From Frigoriflavimonas asaccharolytica (GTDB taxonomy: Bacteria > Bacteroidota > Bacteroidia > Flavobacteriales > Weeksellaceae): DNA of 64,000 bases. Made by a program: the position numbers and the translations under genes. The stretch spans positions 78,746 through 142,745 of the forward strand of contig NZ_JABSNO010000003.1 of the NCBI RefSeq assembly GCF_013294015.1, written 5' to 3'. How positions within the stretch are numbered: position 1 is the first letter of the stretch; each line of letters begins with the position of its first letter. Shown in pieces: positions 10,122-20,967 of the stretch. The notes below the pieces were generated by a model. It was not told the DNA's origin and did not search any database. It was given only the letters and a program-made list of their open reading frames with translations.

Positions 10122-11264
10122 TTAAAGATTTCTTAAATTTTCCACTGCTTTTATTATGGTTTCCTCTTTTTTTGCAAAACAAAATCTTACGGTTCCTGTA
10201 TTTTTTTCATTGTGGAAAAATGCAGAAGTAGGAATTAAGGCCACTTTTTTTTCTACAGTTAGCCAAATTGCAAATTCTTTATCCGTCATTTTAGGTTTTA
10301 TATTGGTAAATTTTCCCAATTGAAAATAGCTTCCATTTGCTTTTTCATTAATGATGAAGGGTGTTTCTTGCATCAAATCAAAAAATAAATCGCGTTTATT
10401 TTGCATTATTCTTTTATTTTCTACCACATCAAAAACTTCTAGATATTTTGCCAAGGCTCTTTGCGACGGAGAATTAACGCAGAACGTCATATATTGATGC
10501 ACTTGCCTGAAAGCCATACTCAATTCTTCTTCCGCAAAAATATACCCGATTTTCCAGCCTGTTGCATGAAACATTTTACCAAAAGAATAAATGCAAATAG
10601 ATCTTTTTCTTAATTCTGGATGATGAAAAACAGACATCAACTCTAGATCATCGTAAATTAAAAGATCATAAACTTCATCCGAAATTACTATAATATCTTT
10701 ATCCTTTATATAAGAATATAATTTTTCTAAAGATTCTTTGGTCCAGACTTTACCGGTAGGATTATGCGGGGAATTCACAATTACGGCCTTCGTTTTTTCT
10801 GTAATTGCATTTTCAAAATGATCCCAATTCAATTCAAAATCATTATCTAACTGCACAAAAACAGGAATACCGCCATTCATCTCAATTGAAGGAACGTAAG
10901 AATCATAGCAAGGTTCAAATACAATAACTTCATCACCAAAATCTATTATTGTTTTGAGGGCGCAATATATTCCGTAGGTTGCTCCAGGTATTATGGTGAT
11001 GTTTTCCTTATCTATTAATATTGGTAATTTTCTATTTTTATTAAAAATTGATAAATTTTCTACCAGTAATGGATCTCCTTGAAGTGGTGTATATTGATTG
11101 TGATTTTCTAAAGTTGCTTGTGCTAAAAAGTTTTTCAACCGAATATCGATTTCATTATCTGGAAATCCCTGTGCAAGATTTACAGCATGATGTTTATTTG
11201 CCAAGGCAGACATTTCCGAAAAAATGGTAAGATCTCTGCCAGAATGTTTTTTTGAAAGCTTCAT
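10122..11264 (-). CDS. PLP-dependent aminotransferase class I/II, paralog 1
   Basis: Collinear with the 8923..10071 product. IPGATYG, NSPHNPTGK and SFGKMF...GWK motifs. Confidence 0.8.
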   Translation of the reverse strand: MKLSKKHSGRDLTIFSEMSALANKHHAVNLAQGFPDNEIDIRLKNFLAQATLENHNQYTPLQGDPLLVENLSIFNKNRKLPILIDKENITIIPGATYGIYCALKTIIDFGDEVIVFEPCYDSYVPSIEMNGGIPVFVQLDNDFELNWDHFENAITEKTKAVIVNSPHNPTGKVWTKESLEKLYSYIKDKDIIVISDEVYDLLIYDDLELMSVFHHPELRKRSICIYSFGKMFHATGWKIGYIFAEEELSMAFRQVHQYMTFCVNSPSQRALAKYLEVFDVVENKRIMQNKRDLFFDLMQETPFIINEKANGSYFQLGKFTNIKPKMTDKEFAIWLTVEKKVALIPTSAFFHNEKNTGTVRFCFAKKEETIIKAVENLRNL

Positions 11265-11331
11265 ATGGTAAATTTAGTAAGATAAAATAGAGAATTTGCA
11301 AATAATTTGATATTTTTAACAAAAAATTGAG

Positions 11332-12333
11332 ATGGATAAAAAAATAATTGCACTTTTTTCTATTATTGCTCTTAACTCTTGTACTGCACAAGTTGGTTTT
11401 GAAAGCAAAGCGTTTAAAAATTCTTACGAAACTATCACTGCTTCAGATTTAAAAAAGCATTTGTACATCATAGCTGGTGATGAAATGGAAGGTAGAGATA
11501 CAGGATCTGAAGGTCAGAAAAAAGCAGGAAGATATATGATAGAGGAATACAAAAAAATGGGAATTTCTCAACCAAAATCTATGGCGGATTATTATCAAAA
11601 AGTTCCGGCAGAATTTATGAATGGAAAAAGAGGAAGTTTACCAGATTCTGAAAATATTCTTGCTTTTATAGAAGGCAGCGAAAAACCAGAAGAGATTATT
11701 GTAATTTCTGCGCATTATGATCATGTAGGAATGGATTCTAAAGGTGTAGTTTACAATGGTGCAGATGATGATGGAAGTGGAACTGTGGGTGTAATGGAAA
11801 TTGCAGAAGCATTTCAATTTGCGAAAAAAAATGGAAACGGACCAAAAAGATCGATACTTTTTCTTCATGTAACTGGCGAAGAACATGGTTTGCACGGTTC
11901 TAGATATTATGCAGAAAATCCTGTTTTCCCGATGGCAAATACAGTGGTAGATTTAAATATAGATATGATCGGTAGAGACGATCCTGCAAATAGAGGGAAA
12001 GATTACGTGTATGTGATTGGTTCTGAAATGCTTTCGAAAGAATTGAAAGTTATAAATGAAACCTCAAATAGCAAAACAGTAAAACTGGAATTGAATTACA
12101 AATACGACGATAAAAATGATCCAGATAGATTGTACTACAGATCTGATCATTACAACTTTGCTAAAAATGGAATTCCGGTAATTTTTTATTTTGATGGAAT
12201 TCATGAAGATTACCACAAACCAACAGATACACCAGACAAAATTGATTACGAATTGCTGAAAAAACGCACGCAATTGGTTTTTGCTACTGCATGGGAATTG
12301 GCAAATAGAGAGGCACGAATTAAAGTTGACTAA
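11332..12333 (+). CDS. M28 family zinc aminopeptidase (lipoprotein)
   Basis: Signal/lipobox LNSCTAQ. SAHYDHVG, GADDDGSG and HVTGEEHGLHGS metal-ligand motifs of the M28 family. Confidence 0.8.
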   Translation: MDKKIIALFSIIALNSCTAQVGFESKAFKNSYETITASDLKKHLYIIAGDEMEGRDTGSEGQKKAGRYMIEEYKKMGISQPKSMADYYQKVPAEFMNGKRGSLPDSENILAFIEGSEKPEEIIVISAHYDHVGMDSKGVVYNGADDDGSGTVGVMEIAEAFQFAKKNGNGPKRSILFLHVTGEEHGLHGSRYYAENPVFPMANTVVDLNIDMIGRDDPANRGKDYVYVIGSEMLSKELKVINETSNSKTVKLELNYKYDDKNDPDRLYYRSDHYNFAKNGIPVIFYFDGIHEDYHKPTDTPDKIDYELLKKRTQLVFATAWELANREARIKVD

Positions 12334-12368
12334 CTAAATTTCTTATGTAAAAACGATATTATAAAATT

Positions 12369-12815
12369 TTGTTAAAATTCATTTGTGTGCATTTATTTAT
12401 CTTTTTTAAGATTTATATTTGCACCGTGAATTTTAAGAATTTTATAGTAAGTATTATTTCCTGCGTCTTTCTACTATCAATGGTAGAGGGAAAATCTGGC
12501 GACTACCTTAGTTATCAAAATTCTTTTAAAGCCGCTACTTCTCAAAATTTTAAATCAAAACCTCAACTAGAGAAAAATTTTAAAAAAAATCATTTAGTTA
12601 TTCAAGACTCTTCAAATAATTTCATATTTGAAAGTTTAGATGATTTTTCAATCTTAGATAATTTTTCAAATTCTATTGGTTTTTCTACTGCTGATTTCAG
12701 TTTATTCTGCAAAGCATTAGACCCATCCAAAAATCTAGTTTCGAAAAGTGTTTTTGCAAATGCAGAACTTCACCCAGTAAAAACGTATATTCTGATTGAA
12801 TCTTTCAGAATTTAG
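12369..12815 (+). CDS. hypothetical protein (weak ORF in AT-rich spacer)
   Basis: 148-aa ORF with no motifs in very AT-rich DNA; may be non-coding. Confidence 0.2.
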   Translation: MLKFICVHLFIFFKIYICTVNFKNFIVSIISCVFLLSMVEGKSGDYLSYQNSFKAATSQNFKSKPQLEKNFKKNHLVIQDSSNNFIFESLDDFSILDNFSNSIGFSTADFSLFCKALDPSKNLVSKSVFANAELHPVKTYILIESFRI

Positions 12816-12935
12816 ACCAACTTTCTTTTTCTATTTAATCTAAATTCTATTTTAGATCAAACATTTTTGAGTTTATTTTTAAACTCAATATCAGCCTATT
12901 CCATTATTTTCCCTTAATAAATTAGATTTTTTGCT

Positions 12936-14018
12936 ATGAAAAAATTCGCATCCTTATTTGCGTTTGTTTTGTTGTTGTCGTTAACGAACTGCACCAACAA
13001 AGCAGAAGAAAAAGAAACCGCAGAAGTATTTCCAGTAACTACTGCACTTCAAAAAGATACCATTGTAACGAAAGAATATGTATCTCAAATCCGCTCTGTA
13101 AAAAATATAGAAATACGAGCACAAGAAAAAGGCTTTCTGCAAAATGTATACGTAGACGAAGGTCAGTACGTAAAAGCAGGTCAACCATTATTTCGCATTA
13201 TGCCACAATTGTATCAGGCAGAATACCAAAAAGCAATGGCAGAAGTAGAAGAAGCCAAAATAGAATTGCAAAATGCAAGCACTCTGGCAAATAACAATGT
13301 AGTTTCTAAAAATGAACAACGTATGGCCAAAGCTAAATTAGATGGCGCCAAAGCTGAAGCAAATTTAGCCAATTTGCACTTATCTTTTACCAATGTGAGA
13401 GCGCCATTTTCTGGCATTATCAATCGTTTACCAATGAAATTGGGAAGCTTGGTAGATGAAGGGGATTTGCTAACGAGCCTTTCAGATAACGGAGATATTT
13501 ATGCATATTTCAATGTGTCTGAGCCAGAATACATTTCCTACCAAACAAAAATGGCAGATAGAGGAGATGTGCATGTCAATTTACTAATGGCAAATGGTGA
13601 GCAATTTCCACAAGCCGGAATTATACAAACTATTGAAGGAGAATTTGATGCAGAAACTGGAAATATTGCCTTCCGCGCAAAGTTTCCAAATCCGAATGCT
13701 CTGCTAAGAAATGGCGAAACGGGTAAAATTTTGATGAATTTTCCTTTAAATAATGCCTTAATTATTCCGCAGAAAGCAACCTACGAAATTCAAGATCAGA
13801 AATATGTTTTTGTGGTGGATAAAACAGGTAAAGTAGTGTCTAGAAATATAAAAATTGCCTACGAATTACCAGATGTTTACGTGGTGAGTTCTGGGCTATC
13901 TGCAAAAGATAAATTTGTAGTAGACGGCGTGCAAAAATTAAAAGAGAACCAAAAGGTGAAGGTTAAATATCAGCAAGCTCAACAAGTGATTTCTTCTTTG
14001 AAACTACAAGCAGATTAA
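12936..14018 (+). CDS. efflux RND transporter periplasmic adaptor (membrane fusion protein), lipoprotein
   Basis: LTNCTNK lipobox. HlyD/AcrA-like coiled-coil and barrel segments. Directly precedes the RND pump. Confidence 0.85.
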   Translation: MKKFASLFAFVLLLSLTNCTNKAEEKETAEVFPVTTALQKDTIVTKEYVSQIRSVKNIEIRAQEKGFLQNVYVDEGQYVKAGQPLFRIMPQLYQAEYQKAMAEVEEAKIELQNASTLANNNVVSKNEQRMAKAKLDGAKAEANLANLHLSFTNVRAPFSGIINRLPMKLGSLVDEGDLLTSLSDNGDIYAYFNVSEPEYISYQTKMADRGDVHVNLLMANGEQFPQAGIIQTIEGEFDAETGNIAFRAKFPNPNALLRNGETGKILMNFPLNNALIIPQKATYEIQDQKYVFVVDKTGKVVSRNIKIAYELPDVYVVSSGLSAKDKFVVDGVQKLKENQKVKVKYQQAQQVISSLKLQAD

Positions 14019-14037
14019 TTTTTAAAAATTATACATT

Positions 14038-17000
14038 ATGTTTAAAAGATTTATCCGAAGACCAGTATTATCCATAGTGATATCGCTGATCATAGTTTTT
14101 TTGGGAATTTTATCACTCGTTGCACTTCCAGTTACTCAGTTTCCGTCTATTTCGCCACCAAAAGTGAATATTACGGCAGAATTTCCGGGTGCGAATAATG
14201 AATTGCTCATAAAATCTGTAGTAATTCCCCTAGAAAGAGCCATAAATGGTGTTCCGGGAATGAAATATATGGCTTCAGATGCTGGAAATGATGGCGAAGC
14301 ATCTATACAAGTAGTGTTTGATTTGGGTACCGATCCAAATGTAGCTGCCGTGAATGTGCAGAATAGAATTTCTTCTGCAATTAATAAATTACCACCGTTA
14401 GTAGTAAGAGAAGGTGTGAAAATTACAAGAGAAGAACCAAATATGCTTTTGTATGTTAATATTTACAGTGACGACCCAAAAGCCAACCAGAAATTTTTAT
14501 TCAATTACGCAGATATCAATGTAACTTCAGAATTAAATAGAATAAAAGGAGTAGGAGATGTAGATATTTTGGGAACACGGGAATATGCAATGAGAATTTG
14601 GTTGAAACCAGACCGTTTAATTGCTTATGATATCTCTGCAGATGAAGTAATGGCAGCATTAGATGAGCAAAGTATAGAGGCATCACCAGGAAAAACAGGC
14701 GAAAGTTCTGGCAAACGTTCGCAATCTTTTGAGTATGTTCTAAAATATCCGGGAAGATATACCACAGAAGCGCAGTATGGCAACATCATCTTAAAAGCAA
14801 AATCTGGTGGAGAATTTGTCCGCTTAAAAGATGTTGCAAATATTGAGTTTGGTAGTTCTATGTATGATATTTATTCCACATTCAAAGGAAAACCTGCCGC
14901 ATCTATCATGGTGAAACAGTCTTACGGTTCTAATGCAAGCGACGTTATAAAAAATGTAAAAGTTTTGATGGCAGATTTGCAGAAAAACAATTTCCCAAAA
15001 GGAATGCACTATGATTTAAGTTATGATGCTTCCACATTTTTAGATGCATCTATAGAAAAAGTGATTCACACTTTATTTGAAGCCTTTATTTTAGTAGGAA
15101 TAGTGGTGTTTTTATTTTTAGGAGATTGGCGATCTACTTTAATTCCAACTATAGCCGTTCCCGTTTCGTTGATAGGAACATTTGCAATTATGTCTGCATT
15201 TGGTATTACCTTAAATATGATATCGCTCTTTGCTTTGGTTATGGCAATTGGTGTGGTTGTAGATGATGCCATCGTCGTCATAGAAGCAGTTCATGCCAAG
15301 ATGGAAGAAAAAGGTTTGTCCCCATTGAAAGCCACAGAAGAAGCCATGCACGAAATTAGTGGAGCTATTATCGCCATTACATTGGTGATGGCATCTGTTT
15401 TTATTCCAGTTGCTTTTATGAGTGGACCAGTAGGAATTTTCTACAGACAATTTTCTGTAACTATGGTTTCCTCAATCATATTATCTGGTGTAGTTGCATT
15501 AACCTTGACACCAGCTTTATGCGCTTTAATATTAAAAAACAACCACGGCAAAGTTAAAAAGCAAAGCCTTGTAGACAAAGGTTTAGAAAAATTTAATAAA
15601 ACCTTCAACCGTGGAGCAGATAAATACAAAAATGTATTAAATAAAACTGTTTCCAAAAAGATGATAACGCTACCAGTGTTACTTATTTTCTGCTTAGGAA
15701 TCTATTTAATTGGCAATAAATTGCCTTCTGGTTTCATACCAACGGAAGATCAAGGGATGATTTATGCCATCATACAAACGCCACCTGGTTCCACGTTGGA
15801 AAGAACAAATCAAATTGCTTTAAATCTTCAAAAGAAAGCAGAAGAAGTGGAAGGTGTACAATCTGTATCTTCTCTAGCAGGTTTTGAAATTTTGACGGAA
15901 GGTACTGGTTCCAACTCAGGTTCATGTATTATTAATTTAAAAAATTGGAGCGATCGTTCTAGTTCTGCGGTAGATATTATGGGAAAATTAGAAGAAAAAG
16001 CCAAGGAAATTCCCGGTGCAGATATAGAATTTTTCCAACCACCTTCTATTCCCGGTTATGGAGCAGCAGGAGGTTTTGAGCTGCGGCTTCTGGATAAAGC
16101 CGGAAGTGGAGATTACCACAATATGGAAAAAGTGAGCAAAGATTTTGTTTCAGAATTGAAGAAAAGACCAGAGTTAGGCTCTGCATTTACATTCTATTCC
16201 GCAAGTTTTCCGCAATATATGTTGAAAATAGACAATGATTTGGCAGAGCAAAAAGGTGTGAGTATTTCTAAAGCCATGGACAATCTTTCTACTTTGATAG
16301 GTTCTAATTACGAAACCAGCTTTATTAAATTTGATAGACCTTACAAAGTAATTGTGCAAGCAAGTCCAGAATATCGAGCTCTACCCAGTGATTTGCTAAA
16401 ATTATATGTGAAAAATGATAAAGATGAAATGGTGCCTTATTCAGATTTTATGCATCTGGAAAAAGTGTACGGACTGTCTGAAATCACCCGGCATAATATG
16501 TATAACGCTGCAGAAGTAAGCGGAACACCAGCCAATGGATACAGTTCTGGGCAAACCATAAAAGCCATACAAGAAGTAGCAGATAAAACCTTGCCACGTG
16601 GTTTTGGTATAGATTGGGCAGGAATTTCTAAAGATGAAGTTTCTCGTGGAAACGAAGCTGTTTATATATTTTTAATATGTTTGGGTTTTGTCTACCTCAT
16701 ATTATCTGCACAATATGAAAGTTTTATTTTGCCATTGCCCGTAATTTTATCCTTACCAACTGGAATTTTTGGGGCATTTCTTTGCTTGTCTCTTTTAGGT
16801 TTAGAAAATAATATCTACGCACAAGTTGCAATGGTGATGCTCATTGGATTGCTCGGAAAAAATGCAGTTTTAATTGTAGAATTTGCCGTCCAGAGAAAAG
16901 CCGAAGGAATTGGCGTTCGCGAAGCTGCTATAGAAGGCGCTTATGCAAGATTTCGCCCAATTTTGATGACATCTTTTGCATTCATTGCAGGTTTGTTGCC

Positions 17001-17226
17001 ATTAGTAATTGCAAGCGGACCAGGTGCAATTGGAAACAGAACAATCGGTACTGCAGCAGCAGGTGGAATGCTTATAGGAACACTTTTCGGGGTGTTTATT
17101 ATACCAGGATTATACTTTATTTTCGGAAGTATTGCCGCCAAAATGAAAATGGCAAAATATGAATCTGAATCCCCATTAACAGAACAAACAGAACCATACT
17201 TACACGATGATAAATTTGAAGATTAA
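14038..17226 (+). CDS. efflux RND transporter permease (AcrB/HAE1 family)
   Basis: 1062 aa, 12 TM, two large periplasmic loops and typical AcrB-like N-terminus (MFKRFIRRPVLSIVISLIIVFLG). Confidence 0.9.
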   Translation: MFKRFIRRPVLSIVISLIIVFLGILSLVALPVTQFPSISPPKVNITAEFPGANNELLIKSVVIPLERAINGVPGMKYMASDAGNDGEASIQVVFDLGTDPNVAAVNVQNRISSAINKLPPLVVREGVKITREEPNMLLYVNIYSDDPKANQKFLFNYADINVTSELNRIKGVGDVDILGTREYAMRIWLKPDRLIAYDISADEVMAALDEQSIEASPGKTGESSGKRSQSFEYVLKYPGRYTTEAQYGNIILKAKSGGEFVRLKDVANIEFGSSMYDIYSTFKGKPAASIMVKQSYGSNASDVIKNVKVLMADLQKNNFPKGMHYDLSYDASTFLDASIEKVIHTLFEAFILVGIVVFLFLGDWRSTLIPTIAVPVSLIGTFAIMSAFGITLNMISLFALVMAIGVVVDDAIVVIEAVHAKMEEKGLSPLKATEEAMHEISGAIIAITLVMASVFIPVAFMSGPVGIFYRQFSVTMVSSIILSGVVALTLTPALCALILKNNHGKVKKQSLVDKGLEKFNKTFNRGADKYKNVLNKTVSKKMITLPVLLIFCLGIYLIGNKLPSGFIPTEDQGMIYAIIQTPPGSTLERTNQIALNLQKKAEEVEGVQSVSSLAGFEILTEGTGSNSGSCIINLKNWSDRSSSAVDIMGKLEEKAKEIPGADIEFFQPPSIPGYGAAGGFELRLLDKAGSGDYHNMEKVSKDFVSELKKRPELGSAFTFYSASFPQYMLKIDNDLAEQKGVSISKAMDNLSTLIGSNYETSFIKFDRPYKVIVQASPEYRALPSDLLKLYVKNDKDEMVPYSDFMHLEKVYGLSEITRHNMYNAAEVSGTPANGYSSGQTIKAIQEVADKTLPRGFGIDWAGISKDEVSRGNEAVYIFLICLGFVYLILSAQYESFILPLPVILSLPTGIFGAFLCLSLLGLENNIYAQVAMVMLIGLLGKNAVLIVEFAVQRKAEGIGVREAAIEGAYARFRPILMTSFAFIAGLLPLVIASGPGAIGNRTIGTAAAGGMLIGTLFGVFIIPGLYFIFGSIAAKMKMAKYESESPLTEQTEPYLHDDKFED

Positions 17227-18646
17227 ACCAGCAATTGCCATTACAGTTTTCCTTGCGCTTGCAAGTTGTAGAGCACCAATGGCAACAGTGATAAAAGATG
17301 AAGTAAAGGAAACTTTGCCACCAAAATTCGCCGAAGAAAATACCACAGAAATAAACAGTGGCACTACACCATGGCGACAATTTTTTACAGATGCAGATCT
17401 GATAAATTTAATAGAAATTGCGCTGAAAAATAACCAAGAATTGCTCATCACGCTACAAAATATAGAAATAGCAAAATCCAACGTCCTTTTTCAAAATGGA
17501 AAATTGAACCCAACATTTATTGCAGCAGCAAGTGTTGGCGTAGAAAAAGTAGGAAGATACACCAGTACTGGAGCAGGAGATGCAAGTACAGAAATCACCG
17601 AAGGAAAAGAAGTTCCGGATAATTTGGGCAATCTAGACGTTGGTGTTTCTGCAAATTGGGAGGTAGATATCTGGCACAAATTGCGTACGGAAAAGCAAGC
17701 TGCAGTTGCCAAATATCTTTCTACAGTAGAAGGCAAAAATTTTTTGCTGTCTAATTTAATTCAAGAAATAGCCACAGATTATTATGAATTATTAACCTTA
17801 GACAATCAATTAGATGTCATACAGCAATACACCGTTTTGCAAACCAAAGCATTGGCAGTGGCAAAAATTCAAAAACAAGCAGCGGCAACCACAGAATTGG
17901 CGGTGAAAAAATTTGAAGCTGAATTGGCAAAATCTAAAGCTGGAGAATTTACCTACAAGCAAAATATTGTAGAGAAAGAAAACGCTATCAATGTGCTTTT
18001 GGGCAGATATCCGCAAGCTATTGTGCGCCATAAAGAAAATTTTATGACGAGCATTCCGCAATTGGTTTATACAGGAATTCCTTCTGAATTGCTCTCTAAT
18101 CGTCCAGATATAAAGCAAGCAGAATTAGAATTGCAAGCAGCAAAATTAGACGTTCAGGCGGCGAGAAAAGAATTTTATCCCTCTTTAGAAATATCTACAG
18201 CTTTAGGATTAAATGCCTTCAAACCGGGCTATTTGTTAAAACTTCCAGAATCTGTTGCCTATAGTTTGGCAGGAGATTTAGCTGGACCATTAATAAATAA
18301 ATCTGCCATAAAAGCCAATTTTGCGAGTGCAGATGCCATGCAAATACAGGCACTTTATGAATATGATAAAACGATTTTAAATTCCTACATAGAAATTTCT
18401 AATTTAATGAGTAAAGTAAAAAACATCGAGCAGTATTATCAATTAAAGTCTCAGGAAACGGAAGCTTTAAATCAATCTATCAATATTGCAGATATTTCAT
18501 TTAAAAATTCTCGAGCAGATTATCTAGAAGTTTTGATGACGCAAAGAGACGCTTTAGATTCTAAAATGGAATTGATAGAAGCAAAAAAGCAGCAATTAAC
18601 AACAGTTGTAGATGTCTACAAAGGACTTGGTGGTGGCTGGAAATAG
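17207..18646 (+). CDS. efflux transporter outer membrane factor (TolC/NodT family lipoprotein)
   Basis: LASCRA lipobox and two coiled-coil/barrel repeats. Overlaps the pump stop by 20 bp. Confidence 0.85.
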   Translation: MINLKIKPAIAITVFLALASCRAPMATVIKDEVKETLPPKFAEENTTEINSGTTPWRQFFTDADLINLIEIALKNNQELLITLQNIEIAKSNVLFQNGKLNPTFIAAASVGVEKVGRYTSTGAGDASTEITEGKEVPDNLGNLDVGVSANWEVDIWHKLRTEKQAAVAKYLSTVEGKNFLLSNLIQEIATDYYELLTLDNQLDVIQQYTVLQTKALAVAKIQKQAAATTELAVKKFEAELAKSKAGEFTYKQNIVEKENAINVLLGRYPQAIVRHKENFMTSIPQLVYTGIPSELLSNRPDIKQAELELQAAKLDVQAARKEFYPSLEISTALGLNAFKPGYLLKLPESVAYSLAGDLAGPLINKSAIKANFASADAMQIQALYEYDKTILNSYIEISNLMSKVKNIEQYYQLKSQETEALNQSINIADISFKNSRADYLEVLMTQRDALDSKMELIEAKKQQLTTVVDVYKGLGGGWK

Positions 18647-18655
18647 AGAAGATAA

Positions 18656-18700
18656 AAGAAAGACCATTTCATACAATTGAAATGGTCTTTCTTTTATCTG
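18656..18700 (+). terminator. rho-independent terminator after efflux operon
   Basis: aagaaagaccatttc/gaaatggtctttctt hairpin plus T-rich tail. Confidence 0.6.
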
Positions 18701-18842
18701 ATTTTTCATTGAAATAAATGATTGTAGAGAATTCCTAACTTCAAATGAGAATTATTTTCATCTGTATATAATTTTTTTTAAAAAATGAATTTGAGAAAAA
18801 ATATTTTCTTTACGAATATTTAGGATTTGCAACTGAAGTTAG

Positions 18843-18875
18843 CACAAAAAACCTTGCTTTTGAGGGCAAGGTTTT
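18843..18875 (-). terminator. terminator for minus-strand gene 18891..20876
   Basis: aaccttgc/gcaaggtt hairpin; on the minus strand it is followed by a T-run. Confidence 0.5.
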
Positions 18876-18890
18876 ATTGTAAAAAATTAA

Positions 18891-20876
18891 TTATTTTAAT
18901 AAAGTTACATGACCAACATAATTATGTTTTTTACGTTGAATAAATTCAATTGGTTTTGTAATTCCATTTAAAGTAGAAGAAGCGGATTCTATTTTTATTA
19001 GATTCATATCACCATTTTCTAAAATTTCTACTATCGATTTTACACTCACTATTTCTTTGGTTTTAGGGTTTGTAAAAGTTGAATTTAATCGATGACCATC
19101 TTCTGGATCTTCAACCATTAATTCGGATAAATCAATAGTACTTGCAGTTGCCCAACCTTCAGTTAATTTTGGATTATGAGGTAAAAATGCTTCTATTTTA
19201 TCAACTTTAATAGCAATACTTGATATTTTCATACAACTAAAATCAAACCTTCTATTGTAAGAGATAGTATTGATTGGCGCACCATTTATTGTTGTGCTTG
19301 CAAATGGTAAATGACTTGCATCTAATAATTTTATAGAGTAAGGTGGAGAATAACAAGCAGTGGTATTTCCTGGCACAAATGGTTCATATACAATTCCGCT
19401 CGGCGAAGTAATTTCTAAAACTGCACCTACAGAAGTTGTGCCTCCCATTGCAAAACTTACTTGTCCTGTAAAATCACCTGCATGTAATCCATGTACAATT
19501 GTACAACATTTTTTTAATAAAGTAACATTTGCAGAAGTGGGTGTTGGTGGTGATGCAACATTCACGGTAACACATCCTAAAGTAGTTGTACAACCTGAAG
19601 AAGTGCAAGTTGCAATGATACAAATTGTATTAGTTCCTTCATTCAAATCATTGAATGAAACTGTCATGCTTCCATTATTAGAAGTAAGTAGATAGTTATT
19701 TGTTGTTCCTAAAGGAGAAGTTCTATTTAAAGCGAAAGAATCAACACCATTTATTAAAACTTTAATTTTTGTAGCCCAAACACCACTTGACAAACTATTT
19801 GAATGAGGTCGATAATTAATTGTTAAGGTTTTTGTATTGTTGCTTGCATTATAAGGTATATTTAATACCGACCCAATATTTGCACTTGTACCTGAACCAC
19901 TTGGAAACTGAACAGAAGCTGTCGGATCTGGTGTACATCCACAAGTAGTAGTTGTTTTATTAGAATTAGAATTTTCTGTAACTCCATCCCAACCTTTGTA
20001 TTCACTTTCAGCAAGTCCATCCCAACCTTTTCTTGGTTTGCCAAAGGCAATACTCAATCCTACATTTACGCCAAGTGCAGAATAACTGGTGCTTTTGGTT
20101 TCTCCTTTTACATACGTTCCGTTGTTCACAAAATTTGCTTCGTAAAATCCGGCCTGGTTTGGTGGTCCAGTTGGTACCAAAGTACTTATTTGTGTTTCCA
20201 CTTTCGGACCTAAAATATAACTGGCATCTGCAAATAATCCCAAATTTTGAGTAATCCAATATTGCATTCTTACTTTTGGGGTAATTGCTAAACCACTTGT
20301 TTTGGTTTCTGGCAAAGTCCACAAAGCTTTTTCGTAGGTTTGTCCGTTGTATTGTGTGGTTTGCACGGCACTCAATTCTTTTTGTGTCATAGAGAAATAT
20401 TCTGCCAAAACCATTGGAGAAATGGTAAATTTTTCTCCCAAATTAAAATTTACTTGTGGTCCAATTCCTATTCTAAATCCTGGGTTTCTTGGATCAACTC
20501 CTTTATAAGCTACAGAAATTGAAGTGCTACCAAAAATTGGAAAAGTATTTGGTAATGCAGCACTTGGGTTTCCGCTGCCACCAAAGTTGTATTGTCCGCC
20601 AATGTTTATACCTAGTGTTGTTTTTGGCCAACCGTCCCAACCTTTGCGAAAAGCTATAAGTGGTTGGTAATAATCTAAACTTACTCCAGATGAATTGGTT
20701 ATATAAGCATTTTTTGTGGTGCTACTTGGCATTGTGCTTCCGTAACCAACAGATATTGCGGATTTTGTAATACCGTTCCATCCTTTTACGATGTCATCTT
20801 TCTTTGAACTTTCTTGCGCATTTGCGAACAGTATTGTTCCTAAAAGAAAAGCTGTTAAAATTGTTTTTGTTTTCAT
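18891..20876 (-). CDS. secreted outer-membrane-like protein with repeated KGWDG motifs and Cys-rich C-terminal region
   Basis: Signal peptide (LFANAQ). Four (K/R)GW(D/N)G motifs bracket a porin-like N-terminal ~300 aa. A Cys-rich segment follows (TTTCGCTPD, ICIIATCTSSGCTTTLGCV). Confidence 0.5.
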   Translation of the reverse strand: MKTKTILTAFLLGTILFANAQESSKKDDIVKGWNGITKSAISVGYGSTMPSSTTKNAYITNSSGVSLDYYQPLIAFRKGWDGWPKTTLGINIGGQYNFGGSGNPSAALPNTFPIFGSTSISVAYKGVDPRNPGFRIGIGPQVNFNLGEKFTISPMVLAEYFSMTQKELSAVQTTQYNGQTYEKALWTLPETKTSGLAITPKVRMQYWITQNLGLFADASYILGPKVETQISTLVPTGPPNQAGFYEANFVNNGTYVKGETKSTSYSALGVNVGLSIAFGKPRKGWDGLAESEYKGWDGVTENSNSNKTTTTCGCTPDPTASVQFPSGSGTSANIGSVLNIPYNASNNTKTLTINYRPHSNSLSSGVWATKIKVLINGVDSFALNRTSPLGTTNNYLLTSNNGSMTVSFNDLNEGTNTICIIATCTSSGCTTTLGCVTVNVASPPTPTSANVTLLKKCCTIVHGLHAGDFTGQVSFAMGGTTSVGAVLEITSPSGIVYEPFVPGNTTACYSPPYSIKLLDASHLPFASTTINGAPINTISYNRRFDFSCMKISSIAIKVDKIEAFLPHNPKLTEGWATASTIDLSELMVEDPEDGHRLNSTFTNPKTKEIVSVKSIVEILENGDMNLIKIESASSTLNGITKPIEFIQRKKHNYVGHVTLLK

Positions 20877-20967
20877 AATTTTTATTTTAAATTTTTTCTT
20901 TTTTAATGAATTTAATTTTTAGTGGAAAATTTTAAGATTATTATTCCACAAATGTGAAAAGAATTTG

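Noticed and set aside
12340-12935. TetR-type regulator upstream of the RND efflux operon
   Set aside because: The only ORF there (12369..12815) has no HTH or TetR features and sits in extremely AT-rich DNA, so it is probably non-coding promoter/UP-element sequence.
18891-20876. T9SS C-terminal sorting domain on the KGWDG protein
   Set aside because: The C-terminal ~80 aa does not show the conserved T9SS CTD pattern, so no T9SS cargo call was made.
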